From sequence record CM123845.1: a DNA stretch of 32,000 bases. One strand, 5' to 3'. Positions 9,536-21,057 of this stretch are shown in pieces. The notes under the pieces are model-generated. The model made no database searches. It was given only the letters and a program-made list of their open reading frames with translations, and was not told the DNA's origin. Positions within the stretch are counted from its first letter, which is position 1. Each line of letters begins with the position of its first letter. The position numbers were made by a program, and so were the translations under genes.

Positions 9536-11530
9536 ATGTATCTGCTGATTATCACCCTGCCACTTATGGCAAGTTTGACTGCAGGATTCGGTGGTCGATA
9601 TCTTGGACATCGTGGAGCTGCACTGATTACCACAGGAAGTGTGGCAATCACCGCATGCCTCTCTATGATGGCCTTGTATGAAGTGGGATTTCAGGCAAGT
9701 CCATGTAGTATTGCCCTGAGTCCGTGGTTTGTGTCTGATTTATTTCAGGCTCGATGGGGTTTTTATTTTGATACACTTACATGTGTGATGTTGGTTGTTA
9801 TTACCGGTGTAAGTAGTTTAGTGCATCTCTATTCCACAGGATATATGAGTGCAGATCCTCATATTCCACGATTTATGAGTTATTTATCTATTTTTACCTT
9901 TTTCATGGTGATGTTGGTAACAGCTGATAATTTTGTACAACTTTTTTTTGGTTGGGAGGGTGTTGGTCTTGCCAGTTATCTCTTGATTAATTTTTGGTTT
10001 ACACGCGTTGCTGCCAATAAGGCCAGTATTAAGGCCATGGTGATGAATCGTATCGGTGATGTTGGTCTAGCACTGGGTACCTTTGCTGTCTATATGCAGT
10101 ATCAAAGTGTGGATTTTGCTACTGTATTTGCATGTGCACCCCACTGTTCTCAACATACCTTTATGATGTGGGGTATTCCAGTGAATTGGAATGATTTAGC
10201 CTGTATCCTTTTATTTATTGGTGCTATGGGAAAATCTGCTCAAATGGGACTTCATACATGGCTACCTGATGCTATGGAGGGTCCAACACCCGTGTCGGCG
10301 TTAATTCACGCCGCCACCATGGTTACAGCAGGTGTCTTTTTATTAGCTCGTCTCAGTCCACTCTATGAATCATCTCCAACAGCACTAGCATGTGTTACGG
10401 TTATTGGTGCTATGACATGTCTTTTTGCGGCAACAACCGGAGCATTTCAACATGATATGAAGCGTGTTATTGCCTATTCTACAGCCAGTCAATTAGGATA
10501 TATGATGGTAGCATGTGGTATGTCTCAATATGCCCTTGGTGTATATCATTTAGCCAATCATGCTTTTTTCAAAGCACTTCTCTTTTTAAGTGCTGGAAGT
10601 GTGATTCATGCACTGGGAGATGAACAGGATATGCGACGTATGGGAGGTCTTGTACGACTATTACCCTTATCCTATGCTATGACATTGATTGGTACATTAG
10701 CACTTGTTGGATGGCCATATCTTACAGGTTTTTATAGTAAAGATGTGATCCTAGAAATTTCTGGTGGACAGTATACATCCATGGGAAATTTTGCATGGTG
10801 TATTACCACATTGGTGGTGTTTTTAACAAGTTACTATAGTTTTCGACTTCTTTTTTTAGTATTTCTTGTACCACCACGTGCAAGTCGTGTATCCATGTCC
10901 CATGTTCATGAAGCGCCAGTCGCTATGGCTGTACCTTTATATATCTTAGCTGTAGGAAGTATTTTTGTGGGATATCTATCTCGAGATATGTTTATTGGTC
11001 TGGGAACGGATTTTTGGGGAAATGCTCTCTATACATCACCATATCATGACTCTATGGTGGAATCAGAGTATCTCGATCAATGGATTCGTCTTATTCCAGT
11101 TTTTGGTACATTAGCAGGTCTTGGTGTAGCCTATATCACATGTATGGTTTCTCCGGCATGGGTAGAGTCTCTACACACGCATCCCTGGTATCGTTCGGTG
11201 ATGCGTTTTTATAATCGTCGTTGGTTTGTGGATGTGGTGTATAATGCATATGTAGCTCGTCCGGCAATGGTATGGGGATATCGCACGAGTTTTCGTGCAC
11301 TCGATCGTGGTCTTCTAGAAATGATGGGGCCACAAGGTCTTTCGCAGTGTAGTCTTGCGCTTGCACAACGTCTCCGTCAACTACAGTCTGGTTATATGTA
11401 TCACTATGCACTTGTGATGCTGTTTGGTGTTACGGTCTGTGTTGCACTGGCAAGTATGTCATCCCTTTCTGTGGATGCTCGTCTTGTTGGTGTTCTTCTG
11501 GTGTCTGGACTGGTTTCACCGGTGCTCTAA
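9536..11530 (+). CDS. nad5: NADH dehydrogenase subunit 5
   Basis: MYLLIITLPL... is a typical ND5 start, and the core GWEGVGLASYLLINFW...GKSAQMGLHTWLPDAMEGPTPVSALIHAATMVTAG is conserved. The ORF-track start at 9485 overlaps trnR and was trimmed. Confidence 0.94.
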   Translation: MYLLIITLPLMASLTAGFGGRYLGHRGAALITTGSVAITACLSMMALYEVGFQASPCSIALSPWFVSDLFQARWGFYFDTLTCVMLVVITGVSSLVHLYSTGYMSADPHIPRFMSYLSIFTFFMVMLVTADNFVQLFFGWEGVGLASYLLINFWFTRVAANKASIKAMVMNRIGDVGLALGTFAVYMQYQSVDFATVFACAPHCSQHTFMMWGIPVNWNDLACILLFIGAMGKSAQMGLHTWLPDAMEGPTPVSALIHAATMVTAGVFLLARLSPLYESSPTALACVTVIGAMTCLFAATTGAFQHDMKRVIAYSTASQLGYMMVACGMSQYALGVYHLANHAFFKALLFLSAGSVIHALGDEQDMRRMGGLVRLLPLSYAMTLIGTLALVGWPYLTGFYSKDVILEISGGQYTSMGNFAWCITTLVVFLTSYYSFRLLFLVFLVPPRASRVSMSHVHEAPVAMAVPLYILAVGSIFVGYLSRDMFIGLGTDFWGNALYTSPYHDSMVESEYLDQWIRLIPVFGTLAGLGVAYITCMVSPAWVESLHTHPWYRSVMRFYNRRWFVDVVYNAYVARPAMVWGYRTSFRALDRGLLEMMGPQGLSQCSLALAQRLRQLQSGYMYHYALVMLFGVTVCVALASMSSLSVDARLVGVLLVSGLVSPVL

Positions 11531-11545
11531 AAATAGATATATCTC

Positions 11546-13015
11546 ATGTCCCCTCTTGCCCTTGTACTGTGTATGCCTATTGTTGGTGCCATGGTGTTAC
11601 CAATACTTCCACGTGGTATGTCCAACACCTACAAAATGTGGACCCTCTGGACTATGGTGTTGACATTTGTACTCTCACTGGTTTTATGGGTTGAATTTGA
11701 TGCATCAACACCACTCTATCAATATGTGTTTGACGTTTCCTTTGGTGGTGCTAGCAGTATGCTGGATACAACACACTTTCGATTTGGTCTCGATGGTATT
11801 TCACTGTTTTTTGTGCTCTTAACGACATTTTTAATGCCTATTTGTTTATTAGCAAGTTGGCATAGTGTGCAACATCGTGTTCGTGAATACTGTATTGCAT
11901 TTTTACTTATGGAAAGCATGGTGATGGCTGTATTTTCAGCTCTCGACTTATTGCTTTTCTATGTTTTTTTCGAAAGTGTGCTCTTGCCCATGTTTTTGGT
12001 TATTGGGGTGTGGGGTGCACGTGAACGTAAAATTCGTGCTGCATATCAATTCTTTCTCTATACACTTTTGGGTTCCGTGCTCATGCTATTAGGTGTCTTA
12101 CTCATGGCATTTCAATGTGGAAGTACAGATATTGATATGCTCTACACAACCACATGGAGTGAATCTCGCGAACTTCTTTTATGGGTAGCTATGTTTGCCA
12201 GTTTTGCTGTTAAGGTTCCTATGGTTCCAGTACATATTTGGCTTCCAGAAGCTCACGTGGAGGCACCTACTGCTGGAAGTCTCGTGTTAGCGGGTGTTCT
12301 TTTAAAATTAGGAACCTATGGTTTTTTACGTTTTTCAATCCCCATGTTTCCGTATGCCACACTCTATTTTACACCACTTATGCTAACCATGAGTGTGGTT
12401 GCTATTGTCTATACAAGTTTAACAACACTTCGACAAGTTGATTTAAAAAAAATCATTGCGTATTCAAGTGTTGCCCATATGAATTTTGTCACACTTGGTC
12501 TCTTTAGTCTGAATACACAGGGAATTGAAGGTGCTATTGTATTAATGTTAAGCCATGGTGTGGTATCACCGGCACTCTTTTTATGTGTCGGTGTTCTGTA
12601 TGATCGTCATAAAACTCGTGTATTACGATACTATGCAGGTATGGCTCGTACGATGCCACTTTTTGCTCTTCTTTTTGTCTTTTTTACCATGGCCAACATT
12701 AGTCTTCCAGGAACAAGTAGTTTTGTAGGAGAATTTCTCGTGTTTGCTGGTATTTTTCAAACATCAACTTGGGCAGCATCTCTTGCAGCAAGTGGTATGA
12801 TTTTAGGCGCCGGGTATGGACTATGGTTGTGTAATCGTGTTTTATATGGTGTTCCAAAACCACACTTTATGAATACAACAGCTGATATCAATCGACGTGA
12901 ATTTTGGTGTTTTGTACCACTCATTCTAGTGGTACTTTGGATGGGGCTCTATCCCGAATCCTATCTTTCTGTCATGCATAGCAGTGTGGCTCATGTCATT
13001 TACCATGGTCTCTAG
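11546..13015 (+). CDS. nad4: NADH dehydrogenase subunit 4
   Basis: Contains FAVKVPMVPVHIWLPEAHVEAPTAGSLVLAGVLLKLGTYGFLRF and IIAYSSVAHMN, which are conserved in ND4. Confidence 0.94.
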   Translation: MSPLALVLCMPIVGAMVLPILPRGMSNTYKMWTLWTMVLTFVLSLVLWVEFDASTPLYQYVFDVSFGGASSMLDTTHFRFGLDGISLFFVLLTTFLMPICLLASWHSVQHRVREYCIAFLLMESMVMAVFSALDLLLFYVFFESVLLPMFLVIGVWGARERKIRAAYQFFLYTLLGSVLMLLGVLLMAFQCGSTDIDMLYTTTWSESRELLLWVAMFASFAVKVPMVPVHIWLPEAHVEAPTAGSLVLAGVLLKLGTYGFLRFSIPMFPYATLYFTPLMLTMSVVAIVYTSLTTLRQVDLKKIIAYSSVAHMNFVTLGLFSLNTQGIEGAIVLMLSHGVVSPALFLCVGVLYDRHKTRVLRYYAGMARTMPLFALLFVFFTMANISLPGTSSFVGEFLVFAGIFQTSTWAASLAASGMILGAGYGLWLCNRVLYGVPKPHFMNTTADINRREFWCFVPLILVVLWMGLYPESYLSVMHSSVAHVIYHGL

Positions 13016-13094
13016 TAGAGAGTACACACATGTGTTATGTGGTATATAGACAATGTATAGTTACATTATGCAGTGTGTGATTTGTGTGTGTGTC

Positions 13095-14744
<1,650 letters not shown>

Positions 14745-14944
14745 TAGACACAGTATTGAATGGTTTTGTCTGATAGATGTCTTTAGCGATGCATGGTTTC
14801 AAGAGGGATATACTCTCTCTCATACATCACTTTGACATGATATATCAACAAACCATGTATACTATACATCTATGTAGTATATAGATAGATGCTATGTATA
14901 TACGATCTATCATAATGATATTGTCTTATGATAGATGCCACTAT

Positions 14945-16410
14945 ATGACATGAGTTTGATCCTGGCTCAGAATTAACGCTCGCGATACACCTAACACATG
15001 CAAGTCGAACGCATATACACATGTATATGAGTGGCGCACGGGTGCGTAACACGTGAGAATCTACCCATAGTTTGTAACGAAATGTTGCTGTGTCTATCAC
15101 AAGATATATATCGGCTATGGATGAGCTTGCGGGGTATTAGGTTGTTGGTGTGGTAATGGCGCACCAAGCCTGAGATGCCTAGCCGGTTTGAGAGAATGAT
15201 CGGCCACACTGGGACTGAGACACGGCCCAGACGCTTACGAGCGGCAGCAGTGGGGAATCTTGGACAATGGGCGCAAGCCTGATCCAGTGATATCGCTTTG
15301 GGGATGACGGCGACATACGTTGTAAACCCTATGCACTCTATATAGACATTGACCGTGTAGAGTGTCCAAGTCCCGGCTAATTTCGTGCCAGCAGCCGCGG
15401 TAATACGAGAGGGGCAAGCGTTATTCAAAATGATTGGGCGTAAAGCGCACGTAGGTGGTGGTATGGTGTGGTATGTATTCAAACCATGGGTTTTGTCGAT
15501 AGATACAGACATCATAGCACTTGAGGACGTGAAAGGAGCATGGAATTTCCCAGGAAGCGGTAGAATGTGTTGATCTGGGAAGGAACACCAAACGCGAAGG
15601 CAGTGCTCTTGCACGTTCCTGACATTGAGGTGCGAAAGCGTGGGGAGCAAAAGGGATTAGATACCCCTGTAGTCCACGCTGTCAACGATGACCATTCCCT
15701 ATATTCCTGAGACTCAGGGATGTGGGTTAGCTAACGCGGTAAATGGTCCGCCTGAGGAGTACGATCGCAAGATTAAAACTCAAAGGAATAGACGGGGGCT
15801 CACACAAGTGGTGGAACATGTGGTTTAATTCGATACTACGCGCATAACCTTACCAGTTCTTGACATGATCCCTATGGATCACAGGTGTTGCATGGCTGTC
15901 GTCAGCTCGTGTGGTGACATGTTGGATTAATTTCCCGAACGAGCGAAACCCTGCCACATTGCACTATACACACGTACGTCAATGTGGACCGCCAGTGAGA
16001 GACTGGAGGCAGGATGGGATGACGTCAAGTCCTCATGACCCTTATGAACTGGGCTACACACGTGTTACAATGGTGTGAACAATACGTAGCAAGACCGAAA
16101 GGTGGAGCCAATCGCCAAATCATACCTCAGTACGGATTGGTGTCTGCAACTCGACACCATCAAGCCGGAATCACTAGTAATCGTGGATCAGCACGCCACG
16201 GTGAATATGTACCTGAGCCTTGTACTCCCCGCCCGTCACACTCTGGGAGATGTATGTAGTGGAAGTACCTATACATGCCGTGTATGCCACGTGTCTTGTG
16301 AACAACACACACATCATACACTGTACATCATGGGTCCCAGACCGCATAGATCAACTGGAGTGAAGTCGTAACAAGGTAACCGTAGGGGAACCTGCGGTTG
16401 GATTGACTCT
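14945..16410 (+). rRNA. rrnS: Small-subunit rRNA (16S-like)
   Basis: The 5' end reads TGAGTTTGATCCTGGCTCAG. Internal landmarks GTGCCAGCAGCCGCGGTAATAC, GGATTAGATACCC and GCATGGCTGTCGTCAGCTCGTG are present. The 3' end reads GTCGTAACAAGGTAACCGTAGGGGAACCTGCGGTTGGATTGACTCT. Ends are approximate. Confidence 0.95.
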
Positions 16411-16958
16411 TATTTTATATATAAACAATATAATCTCTTATGGTGAGATGTTGAGTGTGTTGTAGTATACATATATAATAGATGATAGAGACGTGTTTGA
16501 GATGTCTCGAGGGTATTTACACATTGACTCTGAGACTGTTGAAGTGTTGAATCCAAGTGGGATACAGGTGAAATACACTGAAGAAACGTTGTATATAACG
16601 TGGTATGTGATGGAAGTGTACAAAGATGCATCACATCTTGATAACTTCGACATTGTTGGTTCCAATATCCACCAATCAATACCATAGAATACCCATATTC
16701 TTGGGTGAGTGTATGTACACGATGCATATCTTCCATGGATGATACACCAATCATACATGTTGCCCCATGACACATATGAGTATGAGACATATATGGAATA
16801 AGATGTGAATTTTTACAAACCATACATGCCGCATGTGGTCCCAAAGACACACGAAGATGTTGCCATTGATCAACACGCATTCCTGTATATTGATAGAGCA
16901 ACATATAGGGCCACTTTTGCATATAATAGTGTACTGGAGACATAGTATATGATGTCAT
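16410..16958 (-). CDS. rpl10: Probable ribosomal protein L10
   Basis: YMLLYQYTGMRVDQWQHLRVSLGPHAACMVCKNSHL and LIGGYWNQQCRSYQDV...LCTLPS align by eye to the L10 core (xVVxxYxGLxVxQxxxLRxxL....xxVxKNTL ... xGxxxGxxLxxxxV..LAxLPS). The match is divergent. Confidence 0.55.
   Translation of the reverse strand: MTSYTMSPVHYYMQKWPYMLLYQYTGMRVDQWQHLRVSLGPHAACMVCKNSHLIPYMSHTHMCHGATCMIGVSSMEDMHRVHTLTQEYGYSMVLIGGYWNQQCRSYQDVMHLCTLPSHTTLYTTFLQCISPVSHLDSTLQQSQSQCVNTLETSQTRLYHLLYMYTTTHSTSHHKRLYCLYIK
16419..16438. repeat. Dispersed exact 20-mer ATATAAACAATATAATCTCT, copy 1
   Basis: Identical to 25466..25485. It lies at the tail-to-tail junction of rrnS (+) and rpl10 (-), and it encodes the last residues of the rpl10 ORF. 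Confidence 0.9.
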
Positions 16959-17074
16959 GGCATCTATATTTTTTTTTCATATCATACCCAGATTCATGAA
17001 TCTATCTCTATGACATCATTGTATAGGCGTATGACAAGTAGTGATGTACTATGATTCTATACAACATCATCTAT

Positions 17075-17095
17075 TCTCTATATAGTGTCTCTATG
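17075..17095 (-). promoter_or_regulatory. Two minus-sense motif copies (TATAGAGA and CATAGAGA) upstream of rpl10
   Basis: The plus strand reads TCTCTATA at 17075..17082 and TCTCTATG at 17088..17095. Both sit in the 148-nt rps19-rpl10 spacer. Confidence 0.25.
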
Positions 17096-17106
17096 ACTAT
17101 AGATAT

Positions 17107-17334
17107 TTATCGTGTCTCACGACGGTGTTGTGCACGACGTCGAGTTGACGCAAATTCACCCCATCGATGTCCTACCATATCTTGAGTGACATCAAGAGAG
17201 ACATAGGTTTTTCCATTATGAATGGATACACGTCGTCCCACCCATTCGGGGGTAATCATAGAAGCTCGTGACCAAATCACCTGATCTGTAGAGGCAACGC
17301 GAGTATACGGTCCTTTCCATGCAGAACGTGTCAT
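17107..17334 (-). CDS. rps19: Ribosomal protein S19
   Basis: Contains SAWKGPY...SIHNGKTYVSLDVTQDMVGHRWGEFASTRR, the S19 signature. Confidence 0.9.
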   Translation of the reverse strand: MTRSAWKGPYTRVASTDQVIWSRASMITPEWVGRRVSIHNGKTYVSLDVTQDMVGHRWGEFASTRRRAQHRRETR

Positions 17335-17351
17335 AGGTCATACTACATTTT

Positions 17352-17771
17352 TTATCCAGCAATACCATGCCGTGTGACAAATCGCGTTGTCATGGGAAGT
17401 TTAAATCCCGCAAGATAGGCAGCACGGCGTGCTGTTTCTTGAGGCATACCACTGAGTTCTACCAATAGTGTTCCGGCGGGTACAGGACACACCCAAAAAC
17501 TTGGTGCACCTTTACCTTTTCCCATACGAGATTCTGCAGATTTCCGCGTGACAGACCAGTCTGGAAATACACGAATCCAAATTTTCCCTTGACGACGACA
17601 TACACGAGTACACACACGTCGAATAGCTTCTAAATGACGAGCGGTCACTCGACCGGATGTACATGCTTGAATCCCATATTCACCAAAACATAAATGTGAT
17701 GTATTATTGGTTGGACTCACATGTGGTGGTTTATGATGTTTACGATATCGTGTACGTTTTGGTTGTAACAT
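17352..17771 (-). CDS. rpl16: Ribosomal protein L16
   Basis: MLQPKRTRYRK...FGEYGIQA...ARHLEAIRR...IWIRVFPDWSVTRKSAESRMGKGKGAP is conserved in L16. Confidence 0.92.
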   Translation of the reverse strand: MLQPKRTRYRKHHKPPHVSPTNNTSHLCFGEYGIQACTSGRVTARHLEAIRRVCTRVCRRQGKIWIRVFPDWSVTRKSAESRMGKGKGAPSFWVCPVPAGTLLVELSGMPQETARRAAYLAGFKLPMTTRFVTRHGIAG

Positions 17772-17788
17772 AGATAGAAAAACACTTT

Positions 17789-18694
17789 TTATCGGGATTC
17801 ACGAGACACCAGCCACACGGAAACACCGGACGTTCCAAGATGTGTTCGAGCAATTCGTTGGGCATAGTCAATACGTTGTGAAAAGACATGAAGTGGTGTT
17901 GCTCCATATTTCCAGACATCGCATCGAGCTCGCTGAGATTTTTTAGAACGACCACCAACACGACCTGATACAGCTACACGAACACCTTGAATAGAAGGCA
18001 TTGATTCCACCAGTCGAGTAAGTGCTTGTTTAATACGACGAAATCCCACGCGACGTTCTAAAAACCAGACAATTTCATCAGCAACAAATCCTGCATCATG
18101 CCACATGTGTGTCACACCAATGGGCATCCAATGCACAGGTGCTTGAAAACTACGTTCCATATGATTTCCCATATGATCAACAATCCATTGAGATACACGA
18201 GATTCTGATGTATGACATGGTAATGATAGGGACGAGTCAACAAGATGTGCTAAAAGATGTTCCATAGGATACGAACCTACAACACGAGATGCAGTCCATT
18301 GTTGTAGCGTGTTTTCAGAAACACCCAACATCGGTGGCATATATCCTGATGTATGGCACGGCATACATACGTCTCGATACCCCCACATAGAGAGAGGTGG
18401 ATTGGATACTGACATCGGTGATGAATAGGGCGTATAACATAATGTTGCCATGTGTTCACGATGTGTGTGAGGTGTACAGATAAAACCATAAATATATGTT
18501 CCAGTTGGACCATGTTGAATAGCAAGTCGTGGTGTTGGCAACTGTTGTTGAGCACGTAACGTCTGCATATACTCCATATATGCCATGTCACGAGCGGCCA
18601 ATTGTTGACGATATCGTCGACTATACCATACAGTATCTTGATGTCGATACTTACTAGCTTGACGAAGCGCAATTGGATGTGCTTTTTGTCCCAT
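17789..18694 (-). CDS. rps3: Ribosomal protein S3 with an expanded middle region
   Basis: The N-terminus is MGQKAHPIALR. The C-terminal block is GVRVAVSGRVGGRSKKSQRARCDVWKYGATPLHVFSQRIDYAQRIARTHLGTSGVSVWL. The ATG at 18694 is preferred over the GTG at 18703. Confidence 0.88.
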   Translation of the reverse strand: MGQKAHPIALRQASKYRHQDTVWYSRRYRQQLAARDMAYMEYMQTLRAQQQLPTPRLAIQHGPTGTYIYGFICTPHTHREHMATLCYTPYSSPMSVSNPPLSMWGYRDVCMPCHTSGYMPPMLGVSENTLQQWTASRVVGSYPMEHLLAHLVDSSLSLPCHTSESRVSQWIVDHMGNHMERSFQAPVHWMPIGVTHMWHDAGFVADEIVWFLERRVGFRRIKQALTRLVESMPSIQGVRVAVSGRVGGRSKKSQRARCDVWKYGATPLHVFSQRIDYAQRIARTHLGTSGVSVWLVSRESR

Positions 18695-18872
18695 ATCAAA
18701 CACGAATTTTTTTTACATCTATACATATGTATAACGTCTAGACACATTCTATGGTGTTGTATGTAATCTGTATGTGTACGGTATTTTTATACAAAACAAA
18801 ATACCATACACCTAGAGACTACTTGTAACAAGATATACCATGGTTTTCTATATCAATAGAATGTATAGTATA

Positions 18873-18880
18873 TCTCTATA
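18873..18880 (-). promoter_or_regulatory. TATAGAGA motif in minus sense, upstream of rps3-rpl16-rps19
   Basis: The plus strand reads TCTCTATA in the rrnL-rps3 spacer, 178 nt from the rps3 ATG. Confidence 0.25.
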
Positions 18881-18896
18881 AAGTACATCTATGTGA

Positions 18897-18918
18897 ATAG
18901 ACTCCAAAAGGAGTCTAT
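18897..18918 (-). terminator. Perfect hairpin (9-bp stem, 4-nt loop) abutting the 3' end of rrnL
   Basis: The sequence is ATAGACTCC-AAAA-GGAGTCTAT. Its function as a 3' processing or stability element is inferred only. Confidence 0.3.
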
Positions 18919-19213
18919 CACAGTATATTAGTATAGATATGCACACATATTACTATGCTTAGACATTCTACCTATTCCGTAGTCGTCTTCTACGATTGAT
19001 ACAACATGTTTTGGAGAGAGATTGCCTGCTTGAGATGCTTTCAGCAGTTGTTGCTCCCAAACGTAACTACCCAGCTGTGCCTCTGGCGAGACAACTGGTC
19101 CATCAGAGGTTTGTCGTGGTCGGTCCTCTCGTACAAGAACACGCCCTCCGCAGTTGTATACACCCAAAAGAGATAGGATCCATACTGTCTTACGACGTAT
19201 TAAACCCAACTCA

Positions 19214-19247
<34 letters not shown>

Positions 19248-19513
19248 CGAACCTTCTTCAGCTCGAGGATGCGATGAGTCGACATCGAGGTGCCAAACGA
19301 CTCCGTCGATAGGAGCTCTTGGGAGTCATCAGCCTGTTATCCCTAGCGTACCTTTGATCCGTTACTCGAGAGCCCATCCACGTGGTACTCCCGGGTCACT
19401 ATGGCCGACTTTCGTCTCTGCTCGACCTGTAAGTCTTGCAGTCAGGCAAGCATATACCATTACGCTCTACCATGGGTTTCCGTCCCATGTGAACTTACCT
19501 TTGCACGCTTCCG

Positions 19514-20191
19514 TTACTCTTTAGGCAATGATGTTACTCGTGGTGGTGGCCATTTATACATCATATCTGATGTGAAATACGGTACAATCAAACGAGATAG
19601 ACACGTATAACTATGTCCAGATACATAGATACGATACTGATGTCGATCTGGAACTGGCCAACATTGAATTCTATAGCGTGTATTCAACACATCACATAGA
19701 TACTCACTATCATCTCGTGTAAATCCATGTGTATTCAGATACACTCCTTTGGATGTCTTGGATTTTATACTTCCATCTTCCATATACCATACGGCCAATG
19801 CACGAGGCGTTAACCATATATGAGCTGTACGTGGAACACATTTTGTGCCATGGGGATACCATAGATGCCCAACGGATTGAAAATCAATATGACGTCGTGT
19901 ACAAAGTCGATATGTACTTGTGTATCCCTGTTGTGTGGGACAATATCGTACATACAATGCATGCGTGATATAAGGTGCAAACACACTCTGCATCCAACGT
20001 ATATAGATTGATTTTCGTGTGGATTGAACAAGAATATATCGGTAGGACGTTGATGTCCGACCACGATACGCTTCAAGATGTCCATCTCCTAAAAGAGAAC
20101 CATAAAGAACATCTTGTTGATATTGTGATAGGGATATTGTTTCTATAGACGTTTTTGAAACACACTCAACAATGTGTACCCACCATAAGGT
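19514..20191 (-). CDS. Double-motif LAGLIDADG homing endonuclease, intron-encoded. No ATG precedes the first motif.
   Basis: My own translation upstream of the ORF-track start (19993) stays open to a TAG at 20192..20194. It reads ...QQDVLYGSLLGDGHLEAYRG..., which is motif 1. Motif 2 is LTPRALAVWYMEDGS. The TAA stop at 19514..19516 lies inside the 3' exon sequence CCTAAAGAGTAACGG. Confidence 0.8.
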   Translation of the reverse strand, partial: TLWWVHIVECVSKTSIETISLSQYQQDVLYGSLLGDGHLEAYRGRTSTSYRYILVQSTRKSIYIRWMQSVFAPYITHALYVRYCPTQQGYTSTYRLCTRRHIDFQSVGHLWYPHGTKCVPRTAHIWLTPRALAVWYMEDGSIKSKTSKGVYLNTHGFTRDDSEYLCDVLNTRYRIQCWPVPDRHQYRIYVSGHSYTCLSRLIVPYFTSDMMYKWPPPRVTSLPKE

Positions 20192-20607
20192 CTATAGTGT
20201 GTGTTGTATCACAACACCATAGACTCTACCAGTCGCCTGGTAGTTCAGACTATATCATCATCCTAAAAACACACATGCACGCTCTCTCGTGGATATACAT
20301 AGAGATACGTCACGATGTTCTATAGGATGTTCGGCGTGTAGTCGTTGAGGATCCTACTCATACACCAAAGTGTACTTTGGTTTCCTGCTGATTATCTGCA
20401 CTCTACTACTGTCTGCTCCATACGAGACATCATTGTCTCGGGTGGAGTTGTCGAGATTCTTTATACTCTTTCTTGAGTATGTATCACCATCTCATATCTA
20501 GAAAATGTAACGCGCGTCTTGTGGGGTTTTTCTAGTATGGATGAACAGACGTTCCAGCATATAGCCGAATGTATCACACGTATGTTACCATACGTGGGCT
20601 CCATATA
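19526..20607 (-). mobile_element. Intron in rrnL, probably group I, about 1082 nt, carrying the LAGLIDADG ORF
   Basis: Conserved 23S sequence stops after ...AACTGGGGCGGTTGCTT and resumes at CCTAAAGAGTAACGG. The 5' exon ends in T and the intron ends in G. Assignment to group I is inferred from these ends, the rRNA site and the ORF type. Confidence 0.75.
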
Positions 20608-20874
20608 AAGCAACCGCCCCAGTTAAACTACCCATGTATCACGTTTCCTACAGACATGTAGGTGAGATACAAGAGACACGCAGGGTGGTATTTCAAGAGT
20701 GCCATAGGCTCCCACCTATGCTACACAACGTGTATCCAGTATCAATAATACATTGCAGTAAAGGTGCATAGGGTCTTACCGTCTACTTTTGGGGACTCCG
20801 CATCTGCACGGAGAATTCAATTTCACTGAGTGTATATTGGAGACAGCGGGGCAGTCGTGACACCATTCATGCAC

Positions 20875-20919
<45 letters not shown>

Positions 20920-20979
20920 GAGTTACGGCCGCCGTTTACTGGACCTTCGATTTCAAGCGTGAACCTGTCCTGTTCGGTA

Positions 20980-21010
<31 letters not shown>

Positions 21011-21026
21011 GTCGTGTTACCACTTG

Positions 21027-21057
<31 letters not shown>

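Noticed and set aside
14991-15650. A 219-aa minus-strand ORF, together with several other ORFs at 15235..16371
   Set aside because: All lie entirely inside the SSU rRNA gene, which carries universal 16S landmarks. They have no protein similarity and are a by-product of the low stop-codon density caused by the composition bias.
18277-18747. Alternative-frame or antisense ORFs nested in real genes (for example 18277..18747, 5256..5519, 28650..28928, 14437..14712 and 25099..25380)
   Set aside because: Each overlaps a strongly conserved gene in another frame or strand and shows no similarity of its own. This is expected from the RY-biased, stop-poor composition.
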